A stretch of DNA of 64,000 nucleotides from Acutalibacteraceae bacterium (GCA_051892415.1 JBJFGF010000009.1:35444-99443), one strand, 5' to 3'. Positions 46,699-56,490 are shown, numbered from the stretch's first letter. The notes: generated from the letters alone by a model not told the origin. A program made the numbers and translations.

Positions 46699-47415
46699 TT
46701 AGTTTTCAATCAATTTTAATTCATCCTGAGTAATCAGTCTTGCCTCGCCTTGGGCTAACTGAGTATCCAGATAAAGACCGCCTATGGCAATTCTTTCGAG
46801 TTCAATAACACTTGTACCTAAAGATGCAAACATTCTCTTAATCTGGTGGTATTTCCCCTCTTTGATTATAACTTTGAACACTTGTCCGCAGTCATTATCC
46901 AAAAGTTCCAATTCAGCAGAAAGAAGAACAGTTCCGTCGCCTAAAACAACACCCTCGGAAAACGCTGTTTTTGCTTTTTCAAAATCAATTTTTTCGGAAA
47001 CACGTGCAATATATGTTTTATTCACGTGTCTTGACGGAGATAGAATTCTGTGTGCAAAATCGCCGTCATCGGTAATAAGCGAAAAGCCGGTTGTATCTTT
47101 ATCAAGTCTTCCTGCTGGGAAAAGATTTTTCCTTTTTAACTCCTCGGGTAAAATATCAACAACAGTTTTATCACGCTTGTCCTCCGACGCACTTACAACC
47201 CCTTTGGGTTTATTCAGCATAATATAGGTGAATTCCGTTTGTACAAGGCTCTCGCCTTTAATTTTAATATCATCATCATAGGACACCTTTAAAGAATTGT
47301 CTTTGACAACTCTACCGTTAACGGACACCTCTCCGTGTTTCACCATATTCTTGACGTCGTTGCGGGATAATAACCCCTGTGACGCTATCAATTTATCCAG
47401 TCTTTCTTTTTTCAC
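46699..47415 (-). CDS. pseudouridine synthase (RsuA/RluB family) with N-terminal S4 domain
   Basis: S4 motif (RLDKLIASQGLLSRNDV) and catalytic GRLDKDTTG. Confidence 0.9.
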   Translation of the reverse strand: MKKERLDKLIASQGLLSRNDVKNMVKHGEVSVNGRVVKDNSLKVSYDDDIKIKGESLVQTEFTYIMLNKPKGVVSASEDKRDKTVVDILPEELKRKNLFPAGRLDKDTTGFSLITDDGDFAHRILSPSRHVNKTYIARVSEKIDFEKAKTAFSEGVVLGDGTVLLSAELELLDNDCGQVFKVIIKEGKYHQIKRMFASLGTSVIELERIAIGGLYLDTQLAQGEARLITQDELKLIEN

Positions 47416-47418
47416 TTA

Positions 47419-47910
47419 CTACTCCTTATAAAATCCATGCATAAATCCGTCAAGTTTCAACGAGCAAACATCGCCGCCGATAACCTCATCGTCACTAACA
47501 AGTAAATTCAGTCTGATGTAATCGTCACCGGCTTCGGTACCGGGATAATTTTTCACAACGTAAGTCCAACGTTTTACTCTTTGACCGGCAAACTTTTTTA
47601 AATCAAATCCCTGGTCAAGCTGAATTTGATTGTAATTATTATAAACATCGTCAAAAACTTCAGGTATTACAACGTCTCGAACCTCCACGGGATTCTCATC
47701 AACTTCCCAACCGTAATGTGAAATAAACTCCAATCGTTGCTCATCGGTAGCGGCAGAAAGGGAAACACCCGTGCTTGTCTGAACATTTTGTATTTTACCG
47801 AGGCATTTAATACCCAAAAGAAAGGCAATGCTCAAAACTAATACCGCAACAGCGGTTATCAGGGACTTTTTTATCTTGTTTTTTGAAACCGAGACCACAA
47901 ACATAAACAC
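47419..47910 (-). CDS. DUF4830-like membrane-anchored protein
   Basis: N-terminal TM segment, then a FISHYGWEVDENP...IPEVFDDVYNNYN region resembling DUF4830. Confidence 0.6.
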   Translation of the reverse strand: MFMFVVSVSKNKIKKSLITAVAVLVLSIAFLLGIKCLGKIQNVQTSTGVSLSAATDEQRLEFISHYGWEVDENPVEVRDVVIPEVFDDVYNNYNQIQLDQGFDLKKFAGQRVKRWTYVVKNYPGTEAGDDYIRLNLLVSDDEVIGGDVCSLKLDGFMHGFYKE

Positions 47911-47966
47911 AACTCCTTTATCTACACAAATATATGCACGATAAGGGAGTTTAATGTGAAATTTAT

Positions 47967-48797
47967 TTAGAATAAAGAAAGGTATGCGTTAAAAATCTCT
48001 TCTCCGACAAAGGCACAAACTGCGGACCCTGCCGCAAGAAACGGACCGAAAGGAATAACACCTTTCATTTCTTTCTTACTTACAATTTTTCTGATTACTG
48101 AGAAAAGCACACCTAAAAGTGCTGCCATAAACAAAGCAATTAAAACGGCTTTCCAACCGAGAACAAAACCGACAGCCGCCATCAACTTTATATCTCCGCC
48201 GCCCATTGCTCTTCCCCCTGTCACTAATGCAACAATGAAAAACAGACCGGATACCGCAAAAAGACCGATGATTTTTGAAATAATCCATTCTTTTGTGAAT
48301 GTACCCGTTAAGAGTGCGTCTCCCACTATGAAAAGACCGCCGACGAAAATTGCAATCCACATGGAGTCGGGAATAATTTGGTGTTCAAAATCTATCCATG
48401 CAACAACAATCAGAGCGGACATCATAATCATATAACCCACTAGTTTGAGACTCAAACCCTCTATGGCATATCCTCCGCAAAGAAAAAGATAAACAAGCAC
48501 ATAAGCCGTTCCGTTAAGGGCTTCAACTATTGGGTAACGGGGAGAAATCGGCGCTTTACAATATCTGCATTTGCCGCGAAGAAAAATCCAACTGAAAAGA
48601 GGAAACAGGTCCTTCCAATTAAGTTGATGTTTGCAGGATGTGCAGATTGAATTTCCTTTTTTGAAGTCCATACCGATGGGCAATCTGTAAATCAAAACAT
48701 TCAGAAAACTGCCTATTACCGTACCGAAAACAAAAATAATTGCGGCTATGTAAGCTGTAAGAAAATGTATCATACCAAACCTTTCCGACGAATTCAA
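47967..48797 (-). CDS. A24-family prepilin peptidase / N-methyltransferase
   Basis: CxxC...CxxC (CTSCKH...CRYCKAPIS), multiple TM segments, and a GGGDIKL catalytic Asp motif. The start could instead be the Met at 48773. Confidence 0.85.
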   Translation of the reverse strand: MNSSERFGMIHFLTAYIAAIIFVFGTVIGSFLNVLIYRLPIGMDFKKGNSICTSCKHQLNWKDLFPLFSWIFLRGKCRYCKAPISPRYPIVEALNGTAYVLVYLFLCGGYAIEGLSLKLVGYMIMMSALIVVAWIDFEHQIIPDSMWIAIFVGGLFIVGDALLTGTFTKEWIISKIIGLFAVSGLFFIVALVTGGRAMGGGDIKLMAAVGFVLGWKAVLIALFMAALLGVLFSVIRKIVSKKEMKGVIPFGPFLAAGSAVCAFVGEEIFNAYLSLF

Positions 48798-48958
48798 TCA
48801 TCTGTGTTGTTTTTATTAAATTATATACGTTTCCCACGTTAAAGTCAACAAATATTCTTGCTGTAATTTGTTTAAATTTCATATCAACACCGTATTGTTT
48901 TTTCTTTTAAAATATGTTATATTATATTTTGTATAAAACCTAAGGAGGAACTTTTTCA

Positions 48959-50953
48959 ATGAAAAAGACATGCAAACGTGTACTTGCCGTTGTTTTATCA
49001 CTTGTTATGGTATTTTCAGTGATAAGCGTCGGCGCAGTTGCTCTTACCTGTAAGGTATTAGCAAACACAGTTACTATCGGTTCGGATAGTTCAACTGTTA
49101 TCAACGCTGACAGCGTTGACGAAGCAATAGAATATATGGAGTCAAACCCCGATATGTTCTGCAGTAATGAGTCGGCAACTTACGGTTCCGGCGCAGGCAC
49201 GAGAGATAGCGTCATTTACCCGACAGTTATCATCCCCGGTATCAGCCAGTCCATCTCCTATCTTGCAGATGAGAACGGCAATCCCGCTGTTAACTCCAAC
49301 GGCGATGAACTTTCCGGCGGACTTCTCATTCTTGACGAAACTCAAATTCTCCCTGCTGTTATTAACAATCTTGCAGGTCCCCTTGCCGCATCACTTATCA
49401 CACAGTCCGATGCAAACGGTAAACTTGCCGAAGGCGTTTATAACACAGTAACACAGCTCTTCTCCATTCAGGCAAGTGACAAGAGCGGTAATCCTGTCAA
49501 CAATCTCAAAACCGTTGAATATAAAACTTCCGTTGCGGGAATGAGCCAGGAAGACAGAGATTATTTTTACAGAATGATTCCCATGCAGTCAATCAAAGAC
49601 GATGTTGGCGAAGACAACCTTTACCTCTATGCTTTCCCCCTTATCGGAGATCCTATGAAATCCGCTAAAGGTCTTGACGACTACATTCAGTTCGTTAAAG
49701 CAGAAAAAGGTGTTGACAAAGTTAATATCGTTACAATTTCTCTGGGCGGCACAATTCTTACTGCTTACCTTGAACTTATGAAAGACAGCGGTTATACCGA
49801 CATTAACAGAGTTATTAACGTTGTTTCCTGTCTCCAGGGTACCGATGTTATGGGTGACTTCTATCTCAGAAACTTCAACCTTGATGACGAATTCTTCTTC
49901 CATGAGTACATTCCCATGATTATGGAAGAAACAGAGGGCAATGCAACACTCGGCTACCTTATCAATATTGCTCTCAAAATATTCCCCAAAGACGTAGTTT
50001 ATACCATTCTTACTGCGGCTGTTGACGGCATTATTGATAGTTTAATGCACAACTGTCCTCAGTTCTGGTCAATGATTCCCGTTGACAGATTCGATGATGC
50101 AAAAGAAAAATACAGCGAAATCTGGACTGATGCTTCTTATGCAAAACTTGCAAAGAAACTTGACGATTTCCACACCGCTGCACTTAATCTTGACGACAAC
50201 CTTACTGCTCTTATGAACAGCGGAAAATATGTTCAGAACGTTGCAGGTTACGGTCTTGATTACAGTTCTCAGGATTACTGCTTCTTTGCGGCAATGAAAT
50301 CATCCCTTACAACAAACAGTGATGCAATCATTGATATCGACTCAACAACATTGGGTGCAACCTATGCTCCCGCGGGTGAAATTCTCCCCGATGACATTCT
50401 TTTCTCCGACACAGCCATTATTTCACCCGACGGTAGTATTGATATTTCAACCTGCCTCTTCCCGCAGAACACATGGCTCTTTGAAGGACAGCACCACGAG
50501 GTCGGCAGAAACGATGTCGTTATCTCCCTTATCGGTAAACTTATCACGGGTGAAATCAAAACTGTTGACGATATGAGCGCTGAGTATCCCCAGTTCAACG
50601 GAAACCGTAACACAAAGAATATCAGACGTTGGTATCTCGCTCAGGCAGAAGAGGTTCTCAATGCCGAGGATCAGTCAATGTACACAGCGGAAGACCTTGC
50701 AGAACTTCAGATGGCTTATGACGAGGCTCAGGCCCTTCTTCAGACAACAATATGCGAACCTACGGAAGCAGAAGCGGTAACCGACAGACTTCTCAATGCA
50801 CTTCGCAGAGTTGGTATGCAAAAAGAAGCCGAGGACGAAACAATGAATGACGTTCTTGAATCCATCGCAAAATTTGTTGACGATACAATTTACCAAGTAT
50901 TCGGCGGAAACGGATTTTCCGATATTGCTCATACGGGTCCCTTCCCCGGCTAA
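48959..50953 (+). CDS. secreted alpha/beta-hydrolase-like protein (lipase/LCAT/PGAP1-like) with helical C-terminal region
   Basis: Signal peptide. PTVIIPGISQS oxyanion-like segment. TISLGG nucleophile-elbow variant. FIVAR-like helical tail (YTAEDLAELQMAYDEAQALL). Confidence 0.6.
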   Translation: MKKTCKRVLAVVLSLVMVFSVISVGAVALTCKVLANTVTIGSDSSTVINADSVDEAIEYMESNPDMFCSNESATYGSGAGTRDSVIYPTVIIPGISQSISYLADENGNPAVNSNGDELSGGLLILDETQILPAVINNLAGPLAASLITQSDANGKLAEGVYNTVTQLFSIQASDKSGNPVNNLKTVEYKTSVAGMSQEDRDYFYRMIPMQSIKDDVGEDNLYLYAFPLIGDPMKSAKGLDDYIQFVKAEKGVDKVNIVTISLGGTILTAYLELMKDSGYTDINRVINVVSCLQGTDVMGDFYLRNFNLDDEFFFHEYIPMIMEETEGNATLGYLINIALKIFPKDVVYTILTAAVDGIIDSLMHNCPQFWSMIPVDRFDDAKEKYSEIWTDASYAKLAKKLDDFHTAALNLDDNLTALMNSGKYVQNVAGYGLDYSSQDYCFFAAMKSSLTTNSDAIIDIDSTTLGATYAPAGEILPDDILFSDTAIISPDGSIDISTCLFPQNTWLFEGQHHEVGRNDVVISLIGKLITGEIKTVDDMSAEYPQFNGNRNTKNIRRWYLAQAEEVLNAEDQSMYTAEDLAELQMAYDEAQALLQTTICEPTEAEAVTDRLLNALRRVGMQKEAEDETMNDVLESIAKFVDDTIYQVFGGNGFSDIAHTGPFPG

Positions 50954-50992
50954 GTACACACTTGCACTAAATTCTTTTATATGATATAATTT

Positions 50993-51026
50993 CACTCCCG
51001 AAGAAATTCGGGAGTGATTTTAATTT
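50993..51026 (+). terminator. intrinsic terminator
   Basis: 10-bp perfect stem cactcccgaa/ttcgggagtg with a GAAA loop, then ATTTTAATTTTT. Confidence 0.8.
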
Positions 51027-51047
51027 TTATGAAACGCGAGTTATGAA

Positions 51048-52331
51048 ATGAAAGTATTTTTTTACACTTTAGGTTGCAAGGTCAACCAATATGAAACTCA
51101 GGAAATGAGCGAACTCTTGGAAAAAAGCGGTTATACTATTATATATAATGCAACACAAGCGGATGTTGCAGTTGTTAACTCATGCACCGTTACTGCAGAA
51201 AGTGTAAGAAAAACAAGACAAATAGTACGTAAACTTAAAAAGCAAAATCCAAACAGTATAATAGTGCTTACAGGCTGTGCTTCTCAGGCGGAACCGCAGA
51301 TAATTGAAGATTTGCCGGAAGTTGATATTCTTATGGGCAACAGGAGTAACACGGAAATCGTCAATGCTTTGGATGAATACATTTCTAACAACTCTTTTGT
51401 TAACAAAAGAATTGAGCATTTAACCGGCGATTTATTCACAGGATGCGGTATAAGCCGTTTTGATGAACACACAAGAGCCTTTTTGAAGATACAGGACGGT
51501 TGCGACAGATTTTGTTCATATTGCCTGATTCCCACCGCAAGAGGACGTTCGCGTTCCAAATCCCTTGACGATATTGACAAGGAGTTGAAAGTACTTGCCG
51601 ACAACGGCTATAAAGAAATTGTTTTCGTTGGCATAAATCTGTCCGATTACGGCAAAAACACCCCCTATTCCCTACCGGACGCATTGGCGCTTGCAGAAAA
51701 ATACGAAAGCATTAAAAGAGTCAGACTGGGCTCCCTTGAACCCGACCATATTACTGATGAAATGATCGACCGCTTAAAAGGCATAACAAAACTCTGTCCC
51801 CAATTCCACATTTCCGTACAAAGCGGTTGCGACAGCGTGTTAAAAGCAATGAACAGGCACTATACAGCCCACGAATACGAGGAATTAGCAAAGAAATTAA
51901 GAGCAACCTTTCCCGATGCCACAATTACAACGGATGTGCTTGCAGGCTTCCCCACGGAAAGCGAAGAAGATTTCAATACAACTATGGAGTTTGTGAAAAG
52001 AATCGGTTTTGAAAAGGTTCATGTATTCCCCTATTCTGTCCGTGAAGGTACGAAAGCGGCAAAAATGGAACAACTTACGAAAGCTGTCAAAGAAGAAAGA
52101 GCGTCAAGACTTACCCATGTAGCCGATAAAATCAGAGAAAATTTTTTAAAAGGGCAGTACGGCAAGACCGTTGAAGTTTTGTTTGAGGCTGAAAAAGACG
52201 GGTACTGCGAGGGTTATACGGAAAACTACACCCCCGTAAAAGTCTTTGAAAATCGTAATTGTCAAGGGGAACTTTTAAGTGTCCGCATTACCGATTGGGA
52301 AAAAGATGCATGTGTAGGAATCTTTGTGTAA
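51048..52331 (+). CDS. mtaB: tRNA (t6A37) methylthiotransferase MtaB
   Basis: UPF0004 N-domain (TLGCKVNQYE), radical SAM CDRFCSYC, and a TRAM domain. Confidence 0.9.
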   Translation: MKVFFYTLGCKVNQYETQEMSELLEKSGYTIIYNATQADVAVVNSCTVTAESVRKTRQIVRKLKKQNPNSIIVLTGCASQAEPQIIEDLPEVDILMGNRSNTEIVNALDEYISNNSFVNKRIEHLTGDLFTGCGISRFDEHTRAFLKIQDGCDRFCSYCLIPTARGRSRSKSLDDIDKELKVLADNGYKEIVFVGINLSDYGKNTPYSLPDALALAEKYESIKRVRLGSLEPDHITDEMIDRLKGITKLCPQFHISVQSGCDSVLKAMNRHYTAHEYEELAKKLRATFPDATITTDVLAGFPTESEEDFNTTMEFVKRIGFEKVHVFPYSVREGTKAAKMEQLTKAVKEERASRLTHVADKIRENFLKGQYGKTVEVLFEAEKDGYCEGYTENYTPVKVFENRNCQGELLSVRITDWEKDACVGIFV

Positions 52332-52359
52332 AATTTCCCGATATTTTCATAAAATAATC

Positions 52360-52388
52360 TTGACAATATCATAGTGTTGTGCTAAAAT
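52360..52388 (+). promoter_or_regulatory. sigma-A type promoter of the tRNA cluster
   Basis: TTGACA (52360-52365), 17 nt, TAAAAT (52383-52388). Confidence 0.6.
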
Positions 52389-52408
52389 ATCGGTTGTTGT
52401 GATAGCAC

Positions 52409-52482
52409 GCGGGTGTAGTTCAATGGTAGAATCCCAGCCTTCCAAGCTGGTCGTGTGGGTTCGATTCCCATCACCCGCTCCA
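52409..52482 (+). tRNA. tRNA-Gly (anticodon UCC), CCA encoded
   Basis: Cloverleaf read by eye: acceptor gcgggtg/cacccgc, anticodon loop cuUCCaa, T-loop ggttcgattcc. Confidence 0.9.
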
Positions 52483-52488
52483 CAATGC

Positions 52489-52565
<77 letters not shown>

Positions 52566-52577
52566 ATATTTTTATAT

Positions 52578-52655
52578 GGTGGATGTAGCTCAGTTGGTTA
52601 GAGTGCCAGGTTGTGGCCCTGGAGGTCGTCGGTTCGACCCCGATCATCCACCCCA
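52578..52655 (+). tRNA. tRNA-His (anticodon GUG) with genomically encoded G-1 and CCA
   Basis: An extra 5' G opposite C73. Acceptor gtggatg/catccac. Anticodon loop uuGUGgc. Confidence 0.9.
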
Positions 52656-52676
52656 TTTTTATATATAAGTACATAT

Positions 52677-52751
52677 AGGGATGTAGCCAAGCGGTAAGGC
52701 AACGGACTTTGACTCCGTCATGCGTGAGTTCGAATCTCGCCATCCCTGCCA
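52677..52751 (+). tRNA. tRNA-Gln (anticodon UUG), CCA encoded
   Basis: Acceptor agggatg/catccct, D-arm gccaagcggtaaggc, anticodon loop cuUUGac. Confidence 0.88.
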
Positions 52752-52754
52752 TTA

Positions 52755-52790
52755 AACCCTCTTTTGTCAATGGGCAAAAGAGGGTTTTAT
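52755..52790 (+). terminator. intrinsic terminator after the tRNA cluster
   Basis: 12-bp perfect stem aaccctcttttg/caaaagagggtt, followed by TTAT. Confidence 0.75.
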
Positions 52791-52942
52791 TATCCGTTCC
52801 TTGCGAAAAAGAATAGTTCCGAACAAAAGGAATATATTGCATATACTTGGTAATTATGGTATTATATTACCGTTATATCAATAATATTTTGTTACGATAA
52901 GAGTTGACAAAATACTTTTATACATGAAACGGAGATAAAATT

Positions 52943-54499
52943 ATGAAAACTTATGACGTAATTATTATCGGTGCCGGTAACGGCGGTCTTGCTGCTGCCG
53001 CAACCTGTGCAAGAGAGGGTCTTTCCACTCTTTTGCTTGAACGGCACAACATCCCCGGCGGTTCTGCAACCTCTTTTGTAAGGGGAAGATTTGAATTTGA
53101 GCCGTCACTCCATGAACTTGCGGGTACAAGCAATCCTCCAGATGACGATACCGCCGCAAGACTTTTTGAGCGTTTGAATGCGGACTGTGACTTTTTGCGT
53201 CACGAATCAACATTCCGCCTTGTTGTTCCTGCCAAAGAGGGTGAAAAGGACACTTTTGTTAACGAAAACGGTGTTGAGGTATCAATCGACGCTCGTATGC
53301 CCATTGGATTTGAGAATTTTTCAAGAAAACTTGACGAACTCGTTCCCGGCTCATACGAAAGTTGCCGCAAGGCTTTTGATTTGTCAATCCGTATGTTTGA
53401 CACACTCAATGCCCTTAATGACCCGGCAAAACTCCCTGCTCATTTTAAGGATTTCCCCGATATTCTCCGTATGGGTGCCCACACAATGAATGAGGTTCTT
53501 GATACTCTCGGTATGCCCAAAAAGGCACAGGACATTTTCAATACATATTGGTGCTACCTCGGTGTTCCCGGTTCAAAACTGGATTTCCTTTACTATATGG
53601 CTATGCTTTATTCATACGTAAAAAACGGAACATCAATTCCCCATCTTCGCAGTCACGAAATGAGTCTTGCACTCGACAAGGTTATTCGTGACCACGGCGG
53701 TGAAATCTGGTACAACTCAGAAGTTACAAAGGTCATTATGAAGGACGGCAAGCCTGCCGGTGTTGTAATCAACGGAGAAAAAGAGGTTTACGCAAAACAC
53801 TTCATTTGTAACTCCTACCCCAACAAAGTGTGGAGCGAATTGTTCGACTTAAAGGATGTTCCCGAAAGACAACTCAAAATGCTTAACGCAAGAACAATTT
53901 CCACAACTCTTACAACAGTTTACCTTGGTATGAATGTTACTAAAGAAGAATTGGGCATCAAGGACTATTCCACATTTATTGCACCCGTTTCCGGCTCCGA
54001 TGAACAGTTCGCCTTGGTAAAGGATTATTTCAGCGGTTACTGCATTATTAACTGTCTTAATGAAATCATTCCCGACTGCACTCCCGAGGGCACCTGTCAG
54101 TTATTCCTTACGGGTATGACTTTCGGTGATGTTATGAAAGGGATTGAACCCAAGGACTACAAGAAATTCAAAACAAAAGTAGCAAGAGATATGATTGAAA
54201 CCTGTGAAAAGGCTCTTAATATCTCAATTACACCTTATATTGAAGAAATTGAAATAGGTTTACCTCCCACATTTGCAAGATACCTTAACACACCCCTCGG
54301 CACACCCTACGGTTACTGGCTCGAAAAATGGGACAGTATGCTCCCCCGTACAATTCAGTTTGAAGCTGACAAACCCTTTGACAACTTTATTTTCTGCGGT
54401 GCCGCTCAGGAACGTGGCGACGGCTATTATTCCGCATACTACACCGGTGAAAAAGCCGCTCTGCTCACCGTAAAAGCATTAAAAAAGGAGGGCAAATAA
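52943..54499 (+). CDS. NAD(P)/FAD-dependent oxidoreductase, phytoene-desaturase (CrtI)/amine-oxidase-like family
   Basis: N-terminal dinucleotide fold YDVIIIGAGNGGLAAA...ERHNIPGG. Size is about 520 aa. Confidence 0.8.
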   Translation: MKTYDVIIIGAGNGGLAAAATCAREGLSTLLLERHNIPGGSATSFVRGRFEFEPSLHELAGTSNPPDDDTAARLFERLNADCDFLRHESTFRLVVPAKEGEKDTFVNENGVEVSIDARMPIGFENFSRKLDELVPGSYESCRKAFDLSIRMFDTLNALNDPAKLPAHFKDFPDILRMGAHTMNEVLDTLGMPKKAQDIFNTYWCYLGVPGSKLDFLYYMAMLYSYVKNGTSIPHLRSHEMSLALDKVIRDHGGEIWYNSEVTKVIMKDGKPAGVVINGEKEVYAKHFICNSYPNKVWSELFDLKDVPERQLKMLNARTISTTLTTVYLGMNVTKEELGIKDYSTFIAPVSGSDEQFALVKDYFSGYCIINCLNEIIPDCTPEGTCQLFLTGMTFGDVMKGIEPKDYKKFKTKVARDMIETCEKALNISITPYIEEIEIGLPPTFARYLNTPLGTPYGYWLEKWDSMLPRTIQFEADKPFDNFIFCGAAQERGDGYYSAYYTGEKAALLTVKALKKEGK

Positions 54500-54500
54500 G

Positions 54501-55715
54501 ATGGCAGATAAAAAAACAGGTATTCTTAAACCTCTCAAAGCGACAAAATTTATCTCAGTTATTCCCGAAAGACAGTCAAGAATTAAGAACGCTCCTGCAA
54601 CTTTACCTAACGACAGCGATACTGCCACGGCACTTGCAAAAGCACTTCACCCCAAAAAGCAATATTTAAAAATTGCGGAAATTACCGAAAGAGGTACTGA
54701 TTGCAAGAGTTTTACATTGGTTCCCGACAAAGAAAAAGGCACAACTGCCCTTGCCTATTTCGGCGCAGGTAAGTATCTAACGGTTTTTGAAACAATTGAG
54801 GGTATGCCCGTAACAAGAGCATATTCCATTTCATCATCCCCAAAAGATTCCTTAGAGGGTAAATACGTCCTTACGATTAAACTTGTTGACGGCGGACTCG
54901 TTTCAAAATACATCTTTGATAATTGGCAGGTTGGCACAAGCGTATGTGTTTCCGCTCCCGCAGGTAATTTTGAATATCAACCCATAAGAGATGCCCAAAA
55001 GGTAATTGCCCTGGCAGGCGGTAGCGGTATTACTCCTTTCGTTTCCATGGCAAATGCCATTGCAGACGGTGACGAAGACTTTGAAATGACACTTCTTTAC
55101 GGCAGCCGCGATTATAATAACATCCTTTTCCGTGAAGAACTTGATGAGATACAGAAAAAATGCTCCAAGGTTAAAGTCGTTCACGTTTTAAGCGGGGACG
55201 GCGATGCACCCGAGGGTACCGAAAAAGGATTTATTACTGCCGAACTTATAAAAAAATACGCTCCCGAAAATGAAGCATATTCCGTATTCCTTTGCGGTCC
55301 CCAACAAATGTACGAATTTGTTGATAAAGAACTTGAAAAACTCAATTTACCCAAGAAATATATTCGTCACGAAATGTTCGGTGAATTCCACAATCCCGCT
55401 TCTCAAACGGACTACCCCAAAGATGTACCCGAAACGGTAAAAATAAAAGTAACTATTCAGGACAAAACCTATACGGTTGAGGGTAAATCTTCGGATTCCG
55501 TTGTTCAAATTCTTGAAAAGAACGGAATTGCTGCTCCCACCCGTTGCCGCAGCGGTGAATGCGGCTTCTGCCATTCCCACCTAATTTCAGGTGAGGTTTA
55601 TGTGCCCAAGCACCTTGAATACCGCCGTCTTGCAGACTACAAATTCGGTTGTATTCATCCCTGCTGTTCATTCCCTCTCACGGATTTGGAAATCATTGTT
55701 CCTGTTGCAAAATAA
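54501..55715 (+). CDS. ferredoxin-NAD(P) reductase-like flavoprotein with C-terminal plant-type 2Fe-2S domain
   Basis: RAYSISS (RxYS FAD motif), LAGGSGITP (NAD(P) binding), and the C-terminal cluster CRSGECGFCHS...C. Confidence 0.82.
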   Translation: MADKKTGILKPLKATKFISVIPERQSRIKNAPATLPNDSDTATALAKALHPKKQYLKIAEITERGTDCKSFTLVPDKEKGTTALAYFGAGKYLTVFETIEGMPVTRAYSISSSPKDSLEGKYVLTIKLVDGGLVSKYIFDNWQVGTSVCVSAPAGNFEYQPIRDAQKVIALAGGSGITPFVSMANAIADGDEDFEMTLLYGSRDYNNILFREELDEIQKKCSKVKVVHVLSGDGDAPEGTEKGFITAELIKKYAPENEAYSVFLCGPQQMYEFVDKELEKLNLPKKYIRHEMFGEFHNPASQTDYPKDVPETVKIKVTIQDKTYTVEGKSSDSVVQILEKNGIAAPTRCRSGECGFCHSHLISGEVYVPKHLEYRRLADYKFGCIHPCCSFPLTDLEIIVPVAK

Positions 55716-55723
55716 GTAAAAAA

Positions 55724-55756
55724 CCGATGGACTATGAAAAGTTCATCGGCTTTTTC
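55724..55756 (+). terminator. intrinsic terminator
   Basis: Stem ccgatggac/gttcatcgg (one G-U pair) followed by CTTTTT. Confidence 0.7.
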
Positions 55757-55857
55757 TTATTACAAACATTTTTTACAGCAAAAAATGCCAATGTAAAAGG
55801 ATTTTGATAGACAAAAGCATGAAAAGAGCATATAATTTAGTCAACGAGGTGAGAAAA

Positions 55858-56490
55858 ATGGAAATCGGTACCAAACTGAAAAATGCAAGAAACAATGCAA
55901 ATTTCACACAAGAAGACATTGCTGAAAAAATCGGTGTAAGCCGCCAGACAGTTTCCAACTGGGAAAACAACAAATCATACCCTGATATCATAAGCGTAAT
56001 AAAACTGAGTGATATTTACGCTATCAGTCTTGATACATTACTAAAGGAGGACGAGAATATGATTAAACATCTTGACGAAAGCACAAACATTGTTAAAAGC
56101 AAAAACCGCCTGAGAAAATTATTACCCGTTCTTATTTATACTGTAATCTGGGCATTATGCGTGTTACTTTTCTGGCTGGATTCAGGCAGGGACGCAGGAG
56201 CATATTCAATTTTCATTCTTTGGGGTATTCTTCCCGTGAGCACACTTATTATCTCGGCAATATCGGGCAAAGAGGATTTTAAACCTTTCTTGAAAATCGG
56301 TATCGTGGGATTTATGAGTATTATGTATATGCTGTGCGAATACCTTACGTTCTCTCTTTTAAATATGGTCTCTTTTGATAAATTCAATCTCCCTACCTTT
56401 GACAGTTTAATTATGGGCTTGATTTTTTCGGCTGTGGGAATGGCAACAGGAAGTTTGGTTTTGTTCATTAAAAACAAGAAAAACAAATAA
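55858..56490 (+). CDS. XRE-family HTH regulator fused to a multi-pass membrane domain
   Basis: HTH_3 motif (FTQEDIAEKIGVSRQTVSNWENNKSYP), then about 4 hydrophobic segments. The ATG at 55858 follows GAGGTGA. Confidence 0.8.
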   Translation: MEIGTKLKNARNNANFTQEDIAEKIGVSRQTVSNWENNKSYPDIISVIKLSDIYAISLDTLLKEDENMIKHLDESTNIVKSKNRLRKLLPVLIYTVIWALCVLLFWLDSGRDAGAYSIFILWGILPVSTLIISAISGKEDFKPFLKIGIVGFMSIMYMLCEYLTFSLLNMVSFDKFNLPTFDSLIMGLIFSAVGMATGSLVLFIKNKKNK

